A stretch of DNA of 64,000 nt from Squalus acanthias (Eukaryota): positions 31,560,001 through 31,624,000 of the forward strand of contig CM059433.1 of the NCBI GenBank assembly GCA_030390025.1. Direction: 5' to 3'. The position numbers and the translations under genes were made by a program. This document shows, piece by piece, positions 50,904 through 63,469 of this stretch (positions are counted from its first letter, which is position 1; each line of letters opens with the position of its first letter). The notes under the pieces were generated by a model. It saw only the letters and a list, made by a program, of their open reading frames with translations. It did not search any database and was not told the origin of the DNA.

Positions 50904-51084
50904 CTGTGAAGAGACCAGAACATTAGACAAGAGATGGAGTCAGGAAACTATAGCTGTACCACCTACTTAGCTAACACAAGTGTGTTTCATGTAATCACAA
51001 AAAAATGCTGTGTTTCTTTAATCCATTCATTAGATCTATAGCAGAGGAACCACTATGACACCATTAATTTAGCACTGAAGAAAT

Positions 51085-52890
51085 AACTTGCTTTTATCAG
51101 CGCCTTTCACAACCTCAAGACGTCCCAAAGCGCTTTACAGCCAATTAAGTACTTTTTGAAGAGTAGTCACTGCTCTAATGTAGGAACCGATTTGGTCACA
51201 GCAAGGTCCAAAAAACAGCAATCAAATTAATGACCAGATCATTTGTTTCTAGAAAATGTCATTCACTTTGCTTCCAATTTCCACCCCTTCGTCACACCTT
51301 CACATGTTCCATCTTCGACTCTTCCCTTCCCTTCCTAGACTTCTCTGTTTCTATTTCTGGGGATAGGCTATTGACAAACATTCATTATAAGCTCACTGAC
51401 TCCCACAGCTACTTGGACTACACTTCCTCCCACCCCGCTTCCTGTAAGGACTCTATTCCATTCTCCCAGTTTCTCCGTCTCCATCGCATCTGCTCTGACG
51501 ATGCCACGTTCCAAACTAGTGCTTCCGACATGTCTTCCTTTTTCCTCAACCGAGGAGTCCCCTCTACCATGGTTGACATGGCCCTCGACTGTGTCCATTC
51601 TATTTCCCACAATTCTGCTCTCACCCTTTCTCTCCCTTCCAGAACCACAATAGGGTTCCCCTTATCCTCACCTTTCACCCCACCAGCGTCCACATTCAAC
51701 GTATCATCCTTCGCCATTTCCGCCACCTCCAGTGTGATCACCACCAAACACATCTTCCCCTCTCCTCCCCTTTCAGCATTCCGAAGGGACTGCTCCCTCC
51801 GCAATACCCTGGTCCACTCCTCAATCACCCCCAACACCCCTTCCCCTTCCCACTGTAACTTCCCATGCAAGCACAGGAGATGCAACACCTGCCCTTTCAC
51901 CTCCTCCCTTTCCACTGACCAGGGCCCCAAACACTCCTTCCAGGTGAAACAGTGATTTACTTGTACTTCCTGCAATTTAGTATACTGTATTCGCTGCTCA
52001 CGATGTGGTCTCCTCTACATTGGGGAGACCAAACACAGATTGGGTGACCGCTTTGCAGAACACCTCCGTTCAGTCCGTAATCATGACTCCGAGCTTCCGG
52101 TCGCCTGTCACTTTCATTCTCCGCTCCACTCCCACTCTGAACTCTCTCTGTCCTCGGCCTCTTACACTGTTCCAACGTAAGCTCGAGAAACAGCACCTCA
52201 TCTTTCGATTAGGCACTTTACAGCCTTCTGGACTCAACATCGAGTTCAACAATTTCAGACCATAACCTCTGCCCCTATTTTTTTTTCACATGGCAGTTGT
52301 TGATGGATTGTGTCATTTCCATTTAAACCTCATCTTTTCTTTCTTAACTTGTCCCATTACCATCTCCTTTTGCCTTGCACCATCATCCCTTTTGTCTTTT
52401 AATCTCTCCTGCCTTCCATCCTATCACAGACCGTCCCTTTTGTTTCTTCCTCCCCTCCCACCTTTCCCTGCCTCTGCACAAAAATCTGTTACATCTCGAA
52501 CTTTTTCCAGTTCTGATGCAGGGTCATCGACCTGAAACGTTAACTCTGTTTCTCTCTCCACAGATGCTGACTGACCTGCTGAGTATTTCCAGCATTTTCT
52601 GTTTTTATTTGTTTTTAGGTGTTGGTTGAGGTATAAATGGTGGCCAGGAAACTGGGGAGAGCTCCCCTGCTCTTTATTGAATAATGCCTTGGGATCTTTT
52701 ACATCCAGCTGAGAGGGCAGATAGGGCCTCGGTTTAATATTTCATCCAAAAGACAACACCTCCAACAGTGCAGCAGTCCTTCAGTACTGCACTGGAGTGT
52801 CAGCCTAGATTTTGTGTTCAGATCTCTGGAGTGGGACTCTGAACCTACAATCTTCTGACTCAGAGGCAAGCATGCTACCACTGAGCCACG
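51085..52890 (-). mobile_element. SacSINE1-like SINE split by the Penelope insertion
   Basis: Tail 51085-51250; body and head 52612-52890. Confidence 0.8.
51265..52610 (+). mobile_element. Penelope-like element 3' half (RT thumb, GIY-YIG endonuclease, 3' repeat)
   Basis: LPFLDFSVSI..YKLTDSHSYLDYTSSHPASCKDSIPFSQFLRLHRICSD; FTCTSCNLVYCIRCSRCGLLYIGETKHRLGDRFAEH; degenerate hammerhead at 52509-52545 (CTGATGC). Confidence 0.92.
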
Positions 52891-53079
52891 TCAGTCAAGC
52901 ACTCATACAGTCCTCATCATAAACTGGTCCCAGGATTCGCTTGTGACAGACTAGTTCCTTATTTTCAACACTGTGAACAGATTAACTCACATTCAAATGG
53001 GCAGAACAATAATTATGCCTAACTCACAAAACCCCAGGGTGACAGTCATCCCAATCTCTGTTTGAATTGCTGAGTCTTT

Positions 53080-53816
53080 GGGGGAAAAATTTGGTTGCTA
53101 AGAGGGTGCTAACGGGGCGCAAAGCAACTAGCGCCCGGGCGTGGCGCCGCCAACGCCTCCTGCGAAATTCAGTGGGGGGTTAGCGGCAGTGGTAACCATT
53201 AGCGCCCCGCCACCGGCGATGACGTCATTGCCGTGCGCAGCGCCCCGCTTGTGCCCCAGCCGCGATCTTCAGTAATGCCTCCTGACTTACCACCGGACGC
53301 TATGTCCGACGGGGTCAGGGGGGCCTACCTACGGCCGGAACAGCGCTAATTAAAGGCGAGGTGCCGGCGGCCATTTTTGGTGCTGGCCGCCTGCCAGCAC
53401 CTGCCTCCGCTGCCGTCCCCACCCTCCTGACCCGCCCCCCCGCGGAGTGCCGGCTGCGCTTTGTGAGCCCGGCACTTCTCTTGAGTGCTGGGCTCTTTTG
53501 CCGGCACTCCGATCCCCGGTGGCCCAGCTGGGCCCCGGGTCGCGCTGCGCAAGGCCCTTCCCCTTTAAGAAGGGGAGAAAGGCCTGGAATACTGCAGCGC
53601 GACATGTCGCAGCACGTGGCACTGCGGCACATAGCGCCACGATATTCCCTCGCAGCGCCCCTAGAGGGAGGTGGGGCACTTCCAGTAGCGCCCCGCTTCC
53701 CTCTTGGGGCGCTACCACTCAATTTAGGCCGCGGGGGTGCTACTTTTTCTGGGGCGCTAAAAGTAGCGCCCCGGCAAGTTAGCACCTCAAAGGGGGCGTG
53801 ACTCAATTTCTCCCCC
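53080..53816. mobile_element. PIF/Harbinger MITE
   Basis: TIRs GGGGGAAAAATTTGG / revcomp GGGGGAGAAATTGAG; 3-bp TSD TTT; GC-rich, with the GCTAACGGGGCGC motif. Confidence 0.85.
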
Positions 53817-54753
53817 TTTGCCTTTTAGATGCACACATTATACTGGGCTAAACTCCCCCCCTCCATTCCTAATCAATGGATGTGCAATCTATTGACACAA
53901 CTCATGTGAAGTGATCGCTGCTGCTTTCATCGTTGATCAGCATGAATCTAGTCAACAAAATAAAACAGATTGGTTTCTGGCTCAGCATTAGGGAGCTGGA
54001 GTTTGTCAATTATTTTGATGTTGTCAATACTTTTGTTAGCAAATGTATCTAGAAAGACCTAATTTTGAACATCTGCATTAATGAAGCCAGCTTAACTTAG
54101 GGATTGATGTCTGTCACAAGCAAATTTGGCTCATATGTTTATTGTCTAGCTCGAATAATTTGTTGACACCTGCATCAAAAATTGTGATATTTGTGCTCTT
54201 TTATTCTAGTTGAATACTGACACTGCCGCTGGACCAATGAAGTGCATGCGCGTGACGTCGGTTGAGTCCGGCCCGAGTGTTAGTGCTATGCTGTGTTTCA
54301 ACGCTATATATTGCTGAGTTCTGCACTTAGCCATGTAGAGAGAACCTTACAGCCTGACTACATCAAATTACACTTCTTCGTTAATTATACCGGCGGTGTA
54401 ACTAAACGCAGCCTAATTTCTTTGGGTTTTGCTCATTCATCATCACAGGGCTTGCTGACCTATATTGACTCCTGATCGTCCAATGCAATGTTATATTTTG
54501 GATCCTGATCGTCCAATGCAATGATAAAATTCTTGTCCTTGTGTTAAAATTAGCCCATGGTTTTGTTCTTCCCTATCTCTGTAATCTCCCCCAGTGCTAC
54601 AACTTCCATTCCCCACCCTTGAGCACTCCATTCTATCTCCCCTCCCTGCAGCCCACCATTGATGGCCGCACCTTAAGTCACCTAGGCCCTAGTTTCTAGA
54701 ATACTCTCCCTTACCCCCTCCATCTTCTCCTTTCAACACCTCCTTAAAATCCC

Positions 54754-55492
54754 GGGGCCTGAATTTGCGGTCAGAGGCTTGCCGCGGGCAAATGCCTCTG
54801 AACCGCAAGAAAATTACCAACCTACCTGATGGTTCCAGAGGTTCAAACACTTGCGCTCCTGGGCCTCTACGCGTATGCATGCGTAAAGGCCCGCATATCC
54901 CAGGGGCGCACGCAGTTCGCAAGCGCCCCTGGGATAACGTGGGCCAGGCCAAACAATCAAAAAGGGGGATTCCCATTATGCTTATGGGGGTTCCATTTAC
55001 GTACGGAATCCCCATAAGCATGAATAGGAATCCCCTAAAAAACACAATCACACACCAGTTAAATAAAAATAAAAATCATTGCATGTTCAAAATTAATTAA
55101 AATACAATTAAATTAAACATTTAAACAAAAAATTAATTTTTTGAAAAATAAATGTAAACGTTTTAAACAGGCTAAAAATAACCTAAACTAATTTTAAATG
55201 CCTTTTTATGTTTAAATCATTTTAAAAATTATTTAAATATAAACTCTTACGCTGGTAAAACAAGGCCTTAGGCCTGCTTTTACTAGGCGTAAGAATTTCA
55301 CGGGCATTTGCTGTAGTCTCTGCCAGCGAATGTCCATTTCCCGGGGATGCGGTGGATCTGTTGAGCTGAATCTTGACAGATCGCAAGTTCCAGGTTTCGC
55401 GCATGCGCAGCGCACGCAGAAACCTGGAACTTGCGGGCACTTACGTCCGAGTATGTGCATACTCGGTCATAGGCCCCGTAAAATCCGGGCCC
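54754..55492. mobile_element. PIF/Harbinger MITE inside an L2 tail
   Basis: Termini GGGGCCTGAATTTGCGG / revcomp GGGCCCGGATTTTACGG; AT-rich core; internal hairpins. Confidence 0.8.
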
Positions 55493-56377
55493 AAGTCTTT
55501 GACCAAGCTGTTAGCTTCCCCTTCTAATATCTTCTCTTTGTCCATTTTTTTCTTGAATCCCTGTGAAGTGCTTTGGGATGTGTTTTTTTTCAATGTTAAA
55601 GGTTGCAGTTTGAAAGAAGAAAGCCGATAAATGTTAAAGTTATAACCAAGCAAAAATACAATGTAATAAAACTCAGTAGGTGTTCGATAATATAACACCA
55701 CATTCACACACATCAGTCAACCAATTTTACTGCCAACTAATTTGGGTCTGAAATTGATATAAACAATTGGTATATAAAATTCCTGAGTTCTTACTGAATG
55801 ACTGGGACCAAACTATGAATCTCTTCCCATTAGTGCCTGTAAACACAGTAACTGGTATTTACATTTAGAATGTTAACCTAATTAACTATGCAAGTCTCTC
55901 AAGAATGAGACTAAATAATCACCTTTCAAATAAGGAAGACACAATCATCTGCTTTTAACCCTTATTTGAAAGAATGCTACTGGTGTTTGTTTTATGGCTG
56001 CATTCAGTGACGCAACCTGGAATTGTTCAACTCAATTTCACACCTAAATTATTTCCAAGCTATCCTGCAACTGGATAGAAACTATGATCATCAAATGTCA
56101 ATCCGTTTGTCAAAGACCGGGTACCAAATTTTCTTTTGCCTAGTGCTCAGTTCGTGACCTGGACCCTGAGGTGATGACTCCAATTGTAGCCAAGGCTTTT
56201 GATACTTGTTGATCTTTTAGTTGCAAGACCCATAGTACATTATTCAATGCACTGTTCTGCAGCTTTGAGAGGACAGTCTCGTTCAGACCTAGCCGAGCAG
56301 ACACCATCTCCATTGGCTTCTGGCAACACCTGGCTATACAGATCTTTTGAATTTCAGTTTTACAAAATTCAGTGAGC

Positions 56378-56775
56378 AAGAAAGAAAGACTTACATTTAT
56401 ATAGCACCTTTCACAACCTCAGGATGTCCCAAAGCACTTTACAACCAATTAAGTACTTTTGAAGTGTAGTCACTGTTGTAATGTAAGAAACGTGGCAAGA
56501 CGTAAAAGATCCTTTGACACTATTTTGAAGAAGAGCAGGGGACTTCTCCCTGGTGTCCTGACCAATGTTTATCCTCAATCAATATCACTAAAACTGATTA
56601 TCCGGTCATTATCACACAGCTGTTTGTGGGAGCTTGCTGTGTGCAAATTGGCTGCCGTGTTTCCTACATGACAACAGTGACTACACTTCAAAAGTACTTC
56701 ATTGGCTGTAAGGCACTTTGGGATGTCCTGAGATCATGAAATGGGCTATATAAATGCAAATTCTTTCTTTCTTTG
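56378..56775. mobile_element. Headless fold-back SINE pair (tail minus 56378-56497, body and tail plus 56498-56775)
   Basis: ~120 bp arms are reverse-complement SINE tails. Confidence 0.8.
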
Positions 56776-57284
56776 CCATTTTTTGTTAGTTTTCATTTGT
56801 TTAAATCTAGTTTAAATGGATCATGGCTCTTTGTAACTGTAGTAGTGTCACTCCTTTAATGGACTCATTTCCCAGACAGCTTATCTTCAAATCGAGCAAC
56901 TCTAATTGCAATACCTTTGTTGAGGTCATTATTTTGTTATGAAAAGCTGGTGTCCCAGACACAATCACTTCGACACGCCTCTGACCACAACTGCCCAATT
57001 AGAGCTTGGTACCAACTCTATCATATCTTATTATTTACAATGGTGGCTTGGATTACATGAACTTTCATTTTAGCCACAGCCTGCTGTGAGGGACTGTCAT
57101 ATTTCAGGACCTTTTGACCATTTTTCCCACATAAAGACTTTGGAATAAAAGTTACTTTGAATGATGGATTGTGAGTAACAAAGTGTAGTCTCAAAAGTTT
57201 TATAAAAAGACACTCCAACATTGAAAAAAGACCAAGGTCCAGCTACTTCGCCTTCTACCATCCTGGTAGTCACATGATTACATC

Positions 57285-60150
57285 GGATTACATCGGATAT
57301 ACGGCACAGAAACAGGCCATTCGGCCCAATCAGTCCATGCCAGCGTTTATGATCCACTCGAGCCTCCTCCCGTCTTTCCTCATCTAAATCTATCAGCGTA
57401 ACCCTCTATTCCCTTCTCCCCCATATGCTTGTCCAGCCTCCCCTTAAATGCATCTATACTATTCACTTCAACCACTCCCTGTGGTAGCAAGTTCCACATT
57501 CTCACCACTCTCTGGGTAAAGAAGTTTCTTCTGAATTCCCGATTGGATTTCTTGGTGACTATCTTATATTGATGGCCTCTAGTTTTGCTCTTCCCCACAA
57601 GTGGAAACATTCTCTCTGTATCCACTCTTTTAAAGACCTCTATTAGGTCACCCCTCAGACTTCTTTTTTCCAGAGAAAAGAGACCCAGCCTGTTCATCCT
57701 TTCCTGATATGTATACCCTCGCATTTCTGGTATCATCCTTGTAAATCTTCTCTGTACCCTCTCCAGTGCCTCTACATCCTTTTTATAATATGGCAACCAG
57801 AACTGCACGCAGTACTCTAAGTGTGGTCTAACCAAGGTTCGATACAGGTTTAGCATAACTTCCTTACTTTTCAATTCTATCCCTCTAGAAATAAACCCGA
57901 GTACTTGGTTTGCTTTTATTATGGCCTTGCTAACCTGTGGCGCAACTTTTACTGATCTGTGTATTTGTACTTTGGGATCCCTTTGTTCCTCTACCCCACC
58001 TGGACTCGCACCCTCCAAGTGATAAGTGACCTCCCTATTCTTCCTACCAAAATGTAATACCTCACATTTATCTGTGTTGAACTTCATTTGCCAATTATTT
58101 GCCCGTTCTGCAAGTTTATTAATGTCTTCCTGTAATTTGTTGCAGTCGTCCTCAGTATTGACTATCCCCCCAATTTGGTATCATCCGCAAATTTAGAAAT
58201 TGTGGGCTGGATTTTGCCAGCCGAGATGAGTTGGGGGCAGGACTGCTGCCTTCTGGCTTCTAGTCCCGCCCCCAGCGACGTGTGATGAACCCACGCTATT
58301 TTCCCTTGATTAAGGGAAAGCTAGTGACAGATGACGTCAGTGTATGACACTTCATCTGTCGAAAATGTTTTGACAGACGAATTGTCAGCGTTTGACAGCT
58401 TTGAGAAGCTGTCAAACACTGACAATCTCTGTTCTAAGGTGAGCCCTTGCACAAAGGCTCACCAAAACCTCTCTCCTCAGCAGAAAGCAGATGGCTGCTG
58501 AATCTGAGAATGCAGCAGCCATTCTGTCATCTCTGCCATTGAGATGAGGGACCTCCGGATCCTCAATGGTTGAAGCCTGCAGAAAGAAGCAAAGGTAAGG
58601 AAACTTTTTTTAAAAATTTACACTCACCTCTCATACTTACCTGTCCACACTTGCACCCAACACTCACCTCTACATCTGACATGTCGACCCCTCTCACCCC
58701 CGCAGACCCACTGCTCGCCTCGCTGACCCTGGTGAGGTTCGCAGCCATCGGGAAGCCTGCAATTGCAGACATAAAATGGGGAAAAGCCTCAAAACTGCTT
58801 GTTAACTACCTGTTAACAGGCAGTCAATTGGCTCTAATCCCCTTCCCGCCTCGAGGAGATGGGTCCCTGCGCGACTCGGGGACCCGCCTCCCGGGAAGAT
58901 GGCACGGAGACGGTTTGGGAGCGGGGTTGGTACCCACTCCCAGTTTCTGCCATTTTCCCGGCAGTCCCTCCTCCAAACCCACCTCCTCAGGGCTGGGAAA
59001 AGTCCCCCCTGTGTTTCTGATTCCAAAGTCTAAATCGTTAATGTAAATTGTGAACAGCAGTGGTCCCAGAACTGATCCTTGTGGAACACCACTACCCACC
59101 TTCTGCTACTGTGAATAGCTACCCTTTACTCCCAGTCTGCTTTCTGTCTGAAGCCAGCTAGCTATCCATTCTGCTACTTGTCCCCTGACTCCGCATTCTC
59201 TGACCTTATTCATTAGTCTATTATGGGGTACCTTATCGAAGGCCTTTTGAAAATCTAGATAAATTACATCTACTGCATTACCGTTGTCTACTCTCTCTGT
59301 TACCTCTTCAAAAAATTCAATAATGTTGGTCAAGCAAGATTTTCCCTTTTGAAATCTATGCTGACTATCCATTATTATACTTTTCATTTCTAGATGTTCT
59401 TCTATTCTCTCCTTTAGTAGGGATTCCATTATTTTTCCTACCACCGATGTTAAGCTGACTGGTCTATAATTCCCTGGACATGTTCTACCCACCTTCTTAA
59501 ATTACGTTAGCTATCCGCCAGTCCTCTGGCACTACACCTTTTCTAACGAATTATTAAATATGTGTAGTAATGCCTCTGCTATCTCTTCCCTAGATTCTTT
59601 AAAATGCACGGATGCAACCTATCAGGACCAGGGGTTTTATCCTCTTTGAGTTTGATTAGTTTATTTCATATATCCCCTCTTTTTATTTTAAATGCACTTA
59701 TCTCATTACTCATCTCATCATCCAATGTCATGTCCACCTGTTCTATCTCCCTGGTAAATACCAAAGTGAAACAATGATTTCATATTTCTGCCATCTCCCT
59801 ATCATTACCTGTGGTATTGTCCTGTCTATCCCTTAATGACCCTATTCCCATCCCAACCTTCCTTTTTTTATTGATGTGCCTGTAAAATATTTTACTATTT
59901 ATGTTCCTTGATAATTTAATTTCATAGTTCCTCTTTGCCTTCTGAATTGTTTTTTTGACTTCTCTCCTAATCCCTTTGTATTCTCTATTATCATGCACTC
60001 CTCTACTGTCTATGTACTTAATGTATGCCTCTTTCCTTACCCTCAATTGTTCCCTTATGACTTTATTCATCCATGGAGTTTCAATAGTGTTTAGTTTGTA
60101 CTTTCCATTTAGCGGAATATAATTTTCCTGCACTCTGTTGAACACCGTTT
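57285..60150 (-). mobile_element. 5'-truncated CR1 LINE, ORF2 with frameshifts, split by a MITE
   Basis: PWMNK..; NYRPVSLTSVVGK; YLDFQKAFDKVPH; GVPQGSVLGPLLFTIYINDLD; FADD at ~58180; LYRTLVRPHLEYCVQFW. Confidence 0.93.
58204..59009. mobile_element. PIF/Harbinger MITE inserted in the CR1 RT domain
   Basis: TIRs GGGCTGGATTTTGCCAGCC / revcomp GGGGGGACTTTTCCCAGCC; 3-bp TSD TGT; removal restores DFGIRNTISKFADDT. Confidence 0.9.
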
Positions 60151-60272
60151 TAATGATACAACGAAAATGGAGTTGTTGACGAATCATAGCAATCAATCTC
60201 TATCAATGAGTGCACAACAGACGCAGACATGAGGTGAGGAAAACCCCAGTGGTGGAGAGCTTTGGGAGCCAT

Positions 60273-62197
60273 GGGCTAAAAATGTGTTGGCCCCCCAAAA
60301 ATGGGTGCAAAGATCATGATGCGTGATCACCCCATGTCCGTTCAAAGGAATGCAGGCAGCACGCTAACACTGAGATGAGGAGAAACTTCTTCACTCAGAC
60401 AGGTAGTAGGTCTGTGGAATTTGCTGCCCCAGGAAGCTGTGGAAGCTACATCATTAAATAAATTTAAAACAGAAATAGACAGTTTCCTAGAAGTAAAGGG
60501 AATTAGGGGTTACGGGGAGCGGGCAGGAAATTGGACATGAGGCTGAGTTCGGATCGGTCAAGGCCCTGTGGGTGGCGGAGTGGGCCCAGGGGCTGAGTGG
60601 CCGGGTCCTGCTCCTACTTCTTGTGTTCTTTAGATTTGAGGTTAGGATCAGATCAGCCATGATCTTATTGAATGGCGGAGCAGGCTCGAGGGGCCGATTG
60701 GCCTACTCCTGCTCCTATTTCTTATGTTCTTATGTTCTTATGCTGATTAACATGATTGTGGCATTCAGCCCAGCGCTGAACGTGCTGCTGAGTGGCTGAA
60801 CATTCAGCAGGGGGCCCAATTTTGTGCGAGGCTAGCACCAATTAGAGCTAGTCTGCACCTCTTAAAGGGGAGGTGCCTTCTGCTTGCAGCAGCTCATTCA
60901 ACTGGCTGGGGAAGAGAGTGAGAGTAGGAAAAAACATCAATGATGTCACAACAGGAGACAGAGCGTGCTCCAAGGATCTCCAATGCAGCACTAGAGGCCT
61001 TGGTGTAATATGTCAACACGAGTGGTCAAGGTCAGTGAATTAATCTTCAAATGCCATATCTCACCATCTGCACCACTAACCTCACACACTGCTCAATGCA
61101 CCACACCCCCATCACTCACCTATCAATAATCTCTACCAAACATAACTCATACCTCACATTCATAGCTTCACCTCACCCTCACACACTTAACACGGCTGCA
61201 AGCCTCGCACCCTCATCTCACAGCTTGCACGCATTGTCAGCTGTTCAACCATCACAGGCATATCACCCAAACACATTGCACCAAACTCACTGATCCACTT
61301 CCCTTTCTTTTGCAGGAAAAGGTGGCTCACAACCGGCGCCAGCAGAACCTAACTGGCAGGGACAGGCGCCTGCATAACCTGACCTCCATTATTCGGAGGG
61401 GCATCGCTGAGCCTGTGGCCAGCGACGGGGCTGACAGAATACAAGATGCTGGTATCCTCATACGTAATCCTCCTTCTCACATCCCACTTCCCCCTCATCC
61501 CACAATCTCTTCTGATTTACAAGCTGCACATGGTGTAAGCATGCACCTCTAGCTCTCGGAAGACCCTAGGTGGGTAAAGCATCCTGTTGAGAGCCCTTCT
61601 TCCCCTTCTCCTCCTCCCACTGTGAGCAGCTTGTCCTCTTCTTTGCTGCCTCTGCTCCCTCTCCCTGTCATACTGCAGGCCAAGGGGATGACAACTAGAG
61701 CAGCTATGACTGGGAGCACGTGGTCTGACCAGAACCCTTGAAGTCAGAAGCAAGGCCTTCTCCACGTGCAGCACCACTCCCTGTTACCTCACCAACTTTA
61801 AACAACTCTAGAAAGCTCCAAACACTTCCAGTAACTTACACAGAGCCAGTAGAAATTAATCAGCAACTAAAGTTACAGTGGTTGCTGATCTCTTTAAACA
61901 TCGCTGGTGGGGGGTCCTTGCTGCTGCTGAACGCATGTTCAACTGTCCGAGGTTAAGACAGGGAATTAGCTCCAGCATTGAGGACAAAAATGGCAGCATT
62001 GGCGTCAAATCAGCATTGCACGATGATTGACGTCGCGATCTTCCCACTCAACATTCTTCCGGTGCACACTCCTAACGCCCGCCCTACCACTCTCACCAAG
62101 ATGACGTCTAGCGTGGCACGCACTAAAAGTGTGCGCATGTGGTGCAGACGCCATTTTTGTCACAAAACGGTAACCGTAGCGCTGAAATATCGGACGC
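60273..62197 (+). mobile_element. Harbinger internal-deletion derivative (Myb 5' remnants fused to transposase 5' end)
   Basis: Left end GGGCTAAAAATG; 60800-60880 matches 39830-39920; Myb exon remnants to ~61548; minus-strand RRGRRALNRMLYPPRVFRE at ~61550-61690; 62090-62190 matches 41695-41822. Confidence 0.8.
60369..60741 (+). mobile_element. CR1 3' end with doubled tail module, nested in the Harbinger
   Basis: TEMRRNFFTQ..WNLLPQEAVEA.., then tail module 1 (60541-60630) and module 2 (60631-60741). Confidence 0.88.
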
Positions 62198-62869
62198 TGC
62201 AAAGCCGAATTTATAAGTCCAAAGTCACCTGTTCCGCCCAAACACTTCAGAAGAACGTAGTTAATATACCCAACAGAAATTGTTTTTTCCCAGAGACTAA
62301 ACAAGCAATTGAATAGTTTGTTTGGGTAATCGGAAAACACCACTCATCTACTGTGTAGGAAAACGCTTTGATCTATGTATGTCTGTGAAATGGGTTAAGA
62401 GAGACACAGATACCAAAAATGCAGTTGGGTTTTCGTAAACGGGACACTGTTCAACTAGGCAGCAAGAGGCTGAAAAATTCAGGAGACTGTAGGGAGTGGG
62501 GGTTCTCCCCTGGCCTGTAAGACAGAACCCAGAGGAGTTAGTCTGTTTAAGTCAGGCAAGATGACCCACTGAAGTGGGATAATATAGTGCTGTTCATTAA
62601 TGTTATGTCATTACACGGAGATAAGATAAATTGTTAAAAAAAGTGACTATGTTCATAACTATTGCTCTATTTGTTCACCTTACTGTGGAATAAAGCAATT
62701 TATTGAGTAAAACCAAGCTTCAACTCATTCAGAGTTAACTCAGTATGCCTTTTGAAGAAATATACGGACAAAAGACATGGATATCTGGTTCAAGTTAATA
62801 GTGGTTCCATTGTTACATCCCTGGATCCCACGGTCATACAAATTCATAATAGGGACCTTCTCAAAAGTG

Positions 62870-63230
62870 TCAGCCTTGGCTCAATGCACTCTCGCCTCTG
62901 AGTCAGATGGTTGTGGGTTCAAGTCCCACCCTTGAGCAGAAAATCTAGGCAGACCCTCCTGTGCAGTACTGAGGAGGTGCTACACTGTCAGAGGTGAGTA
63001 TTTTGGATGACTGTCCTCTCGGGTGGATGTAAAAGATCCCATGGTATTATTCGAAGAAGAACAGGGGAATTCTCCTCAGTGTCCTGGCCAACATTTATCC
63101 CTCAATCAACATCCTAAAAAAAACAGATTACACATTGCTGTTTGTGGGACCTTGCCTGCGTTTCCAACGGTGACTACTACACTTCATTAGCTGTAAAGTG
63201 CTTTGGGGCATCCTGACATTGTGAAATTTC
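62870..63230 (+). mobile_element. SacSINE1-like SINE, deleted
   Basis: gtcagccttggctca..ggttcaagtccc..gtgcagtactgagg..ggtggatgtaaaagatcccatgg. Confidence 0.8.
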
Positions 63231-63469
63231 CTTATTTCCTTCCTTCCTTATCAAGCTATTTGGTGTGTATCATCTCACTCTGCTCAAATTCATCTTAGCC
63301 ACCAAATATAGAAACACAGTTATTTGTCCTTTGGATGTTTTATCTAGATGCCATATAATGTAACTTCCTTTTATGAAAAAGTAAAAGCAAGGTCAGTATT
63401 AATGAAAAATTTGTCTTCATCACTGAAGTACAGCAACAGGGTACAGTAAAGAGTGGTCCTAAAGACAAT

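Noticed and set aside
50738..50923. Stand-alone 61-aa EGF ORF
   Set aside because: Only 50789-50903 is coding; the flanks are intron with canonical splice signals.
53315..53806. Overlapping GC-rich ORFs or CpG-island promoter (also 18621-19080)
   Set aside because: Confined within TIR-bounded MITEs; no recognisable protein motifs.
56080..57240. Short minus-strand ORFs as upstream EYS exon or transposase remnant
   Set aside because: No EGF cysteine spacing or convincing motif.
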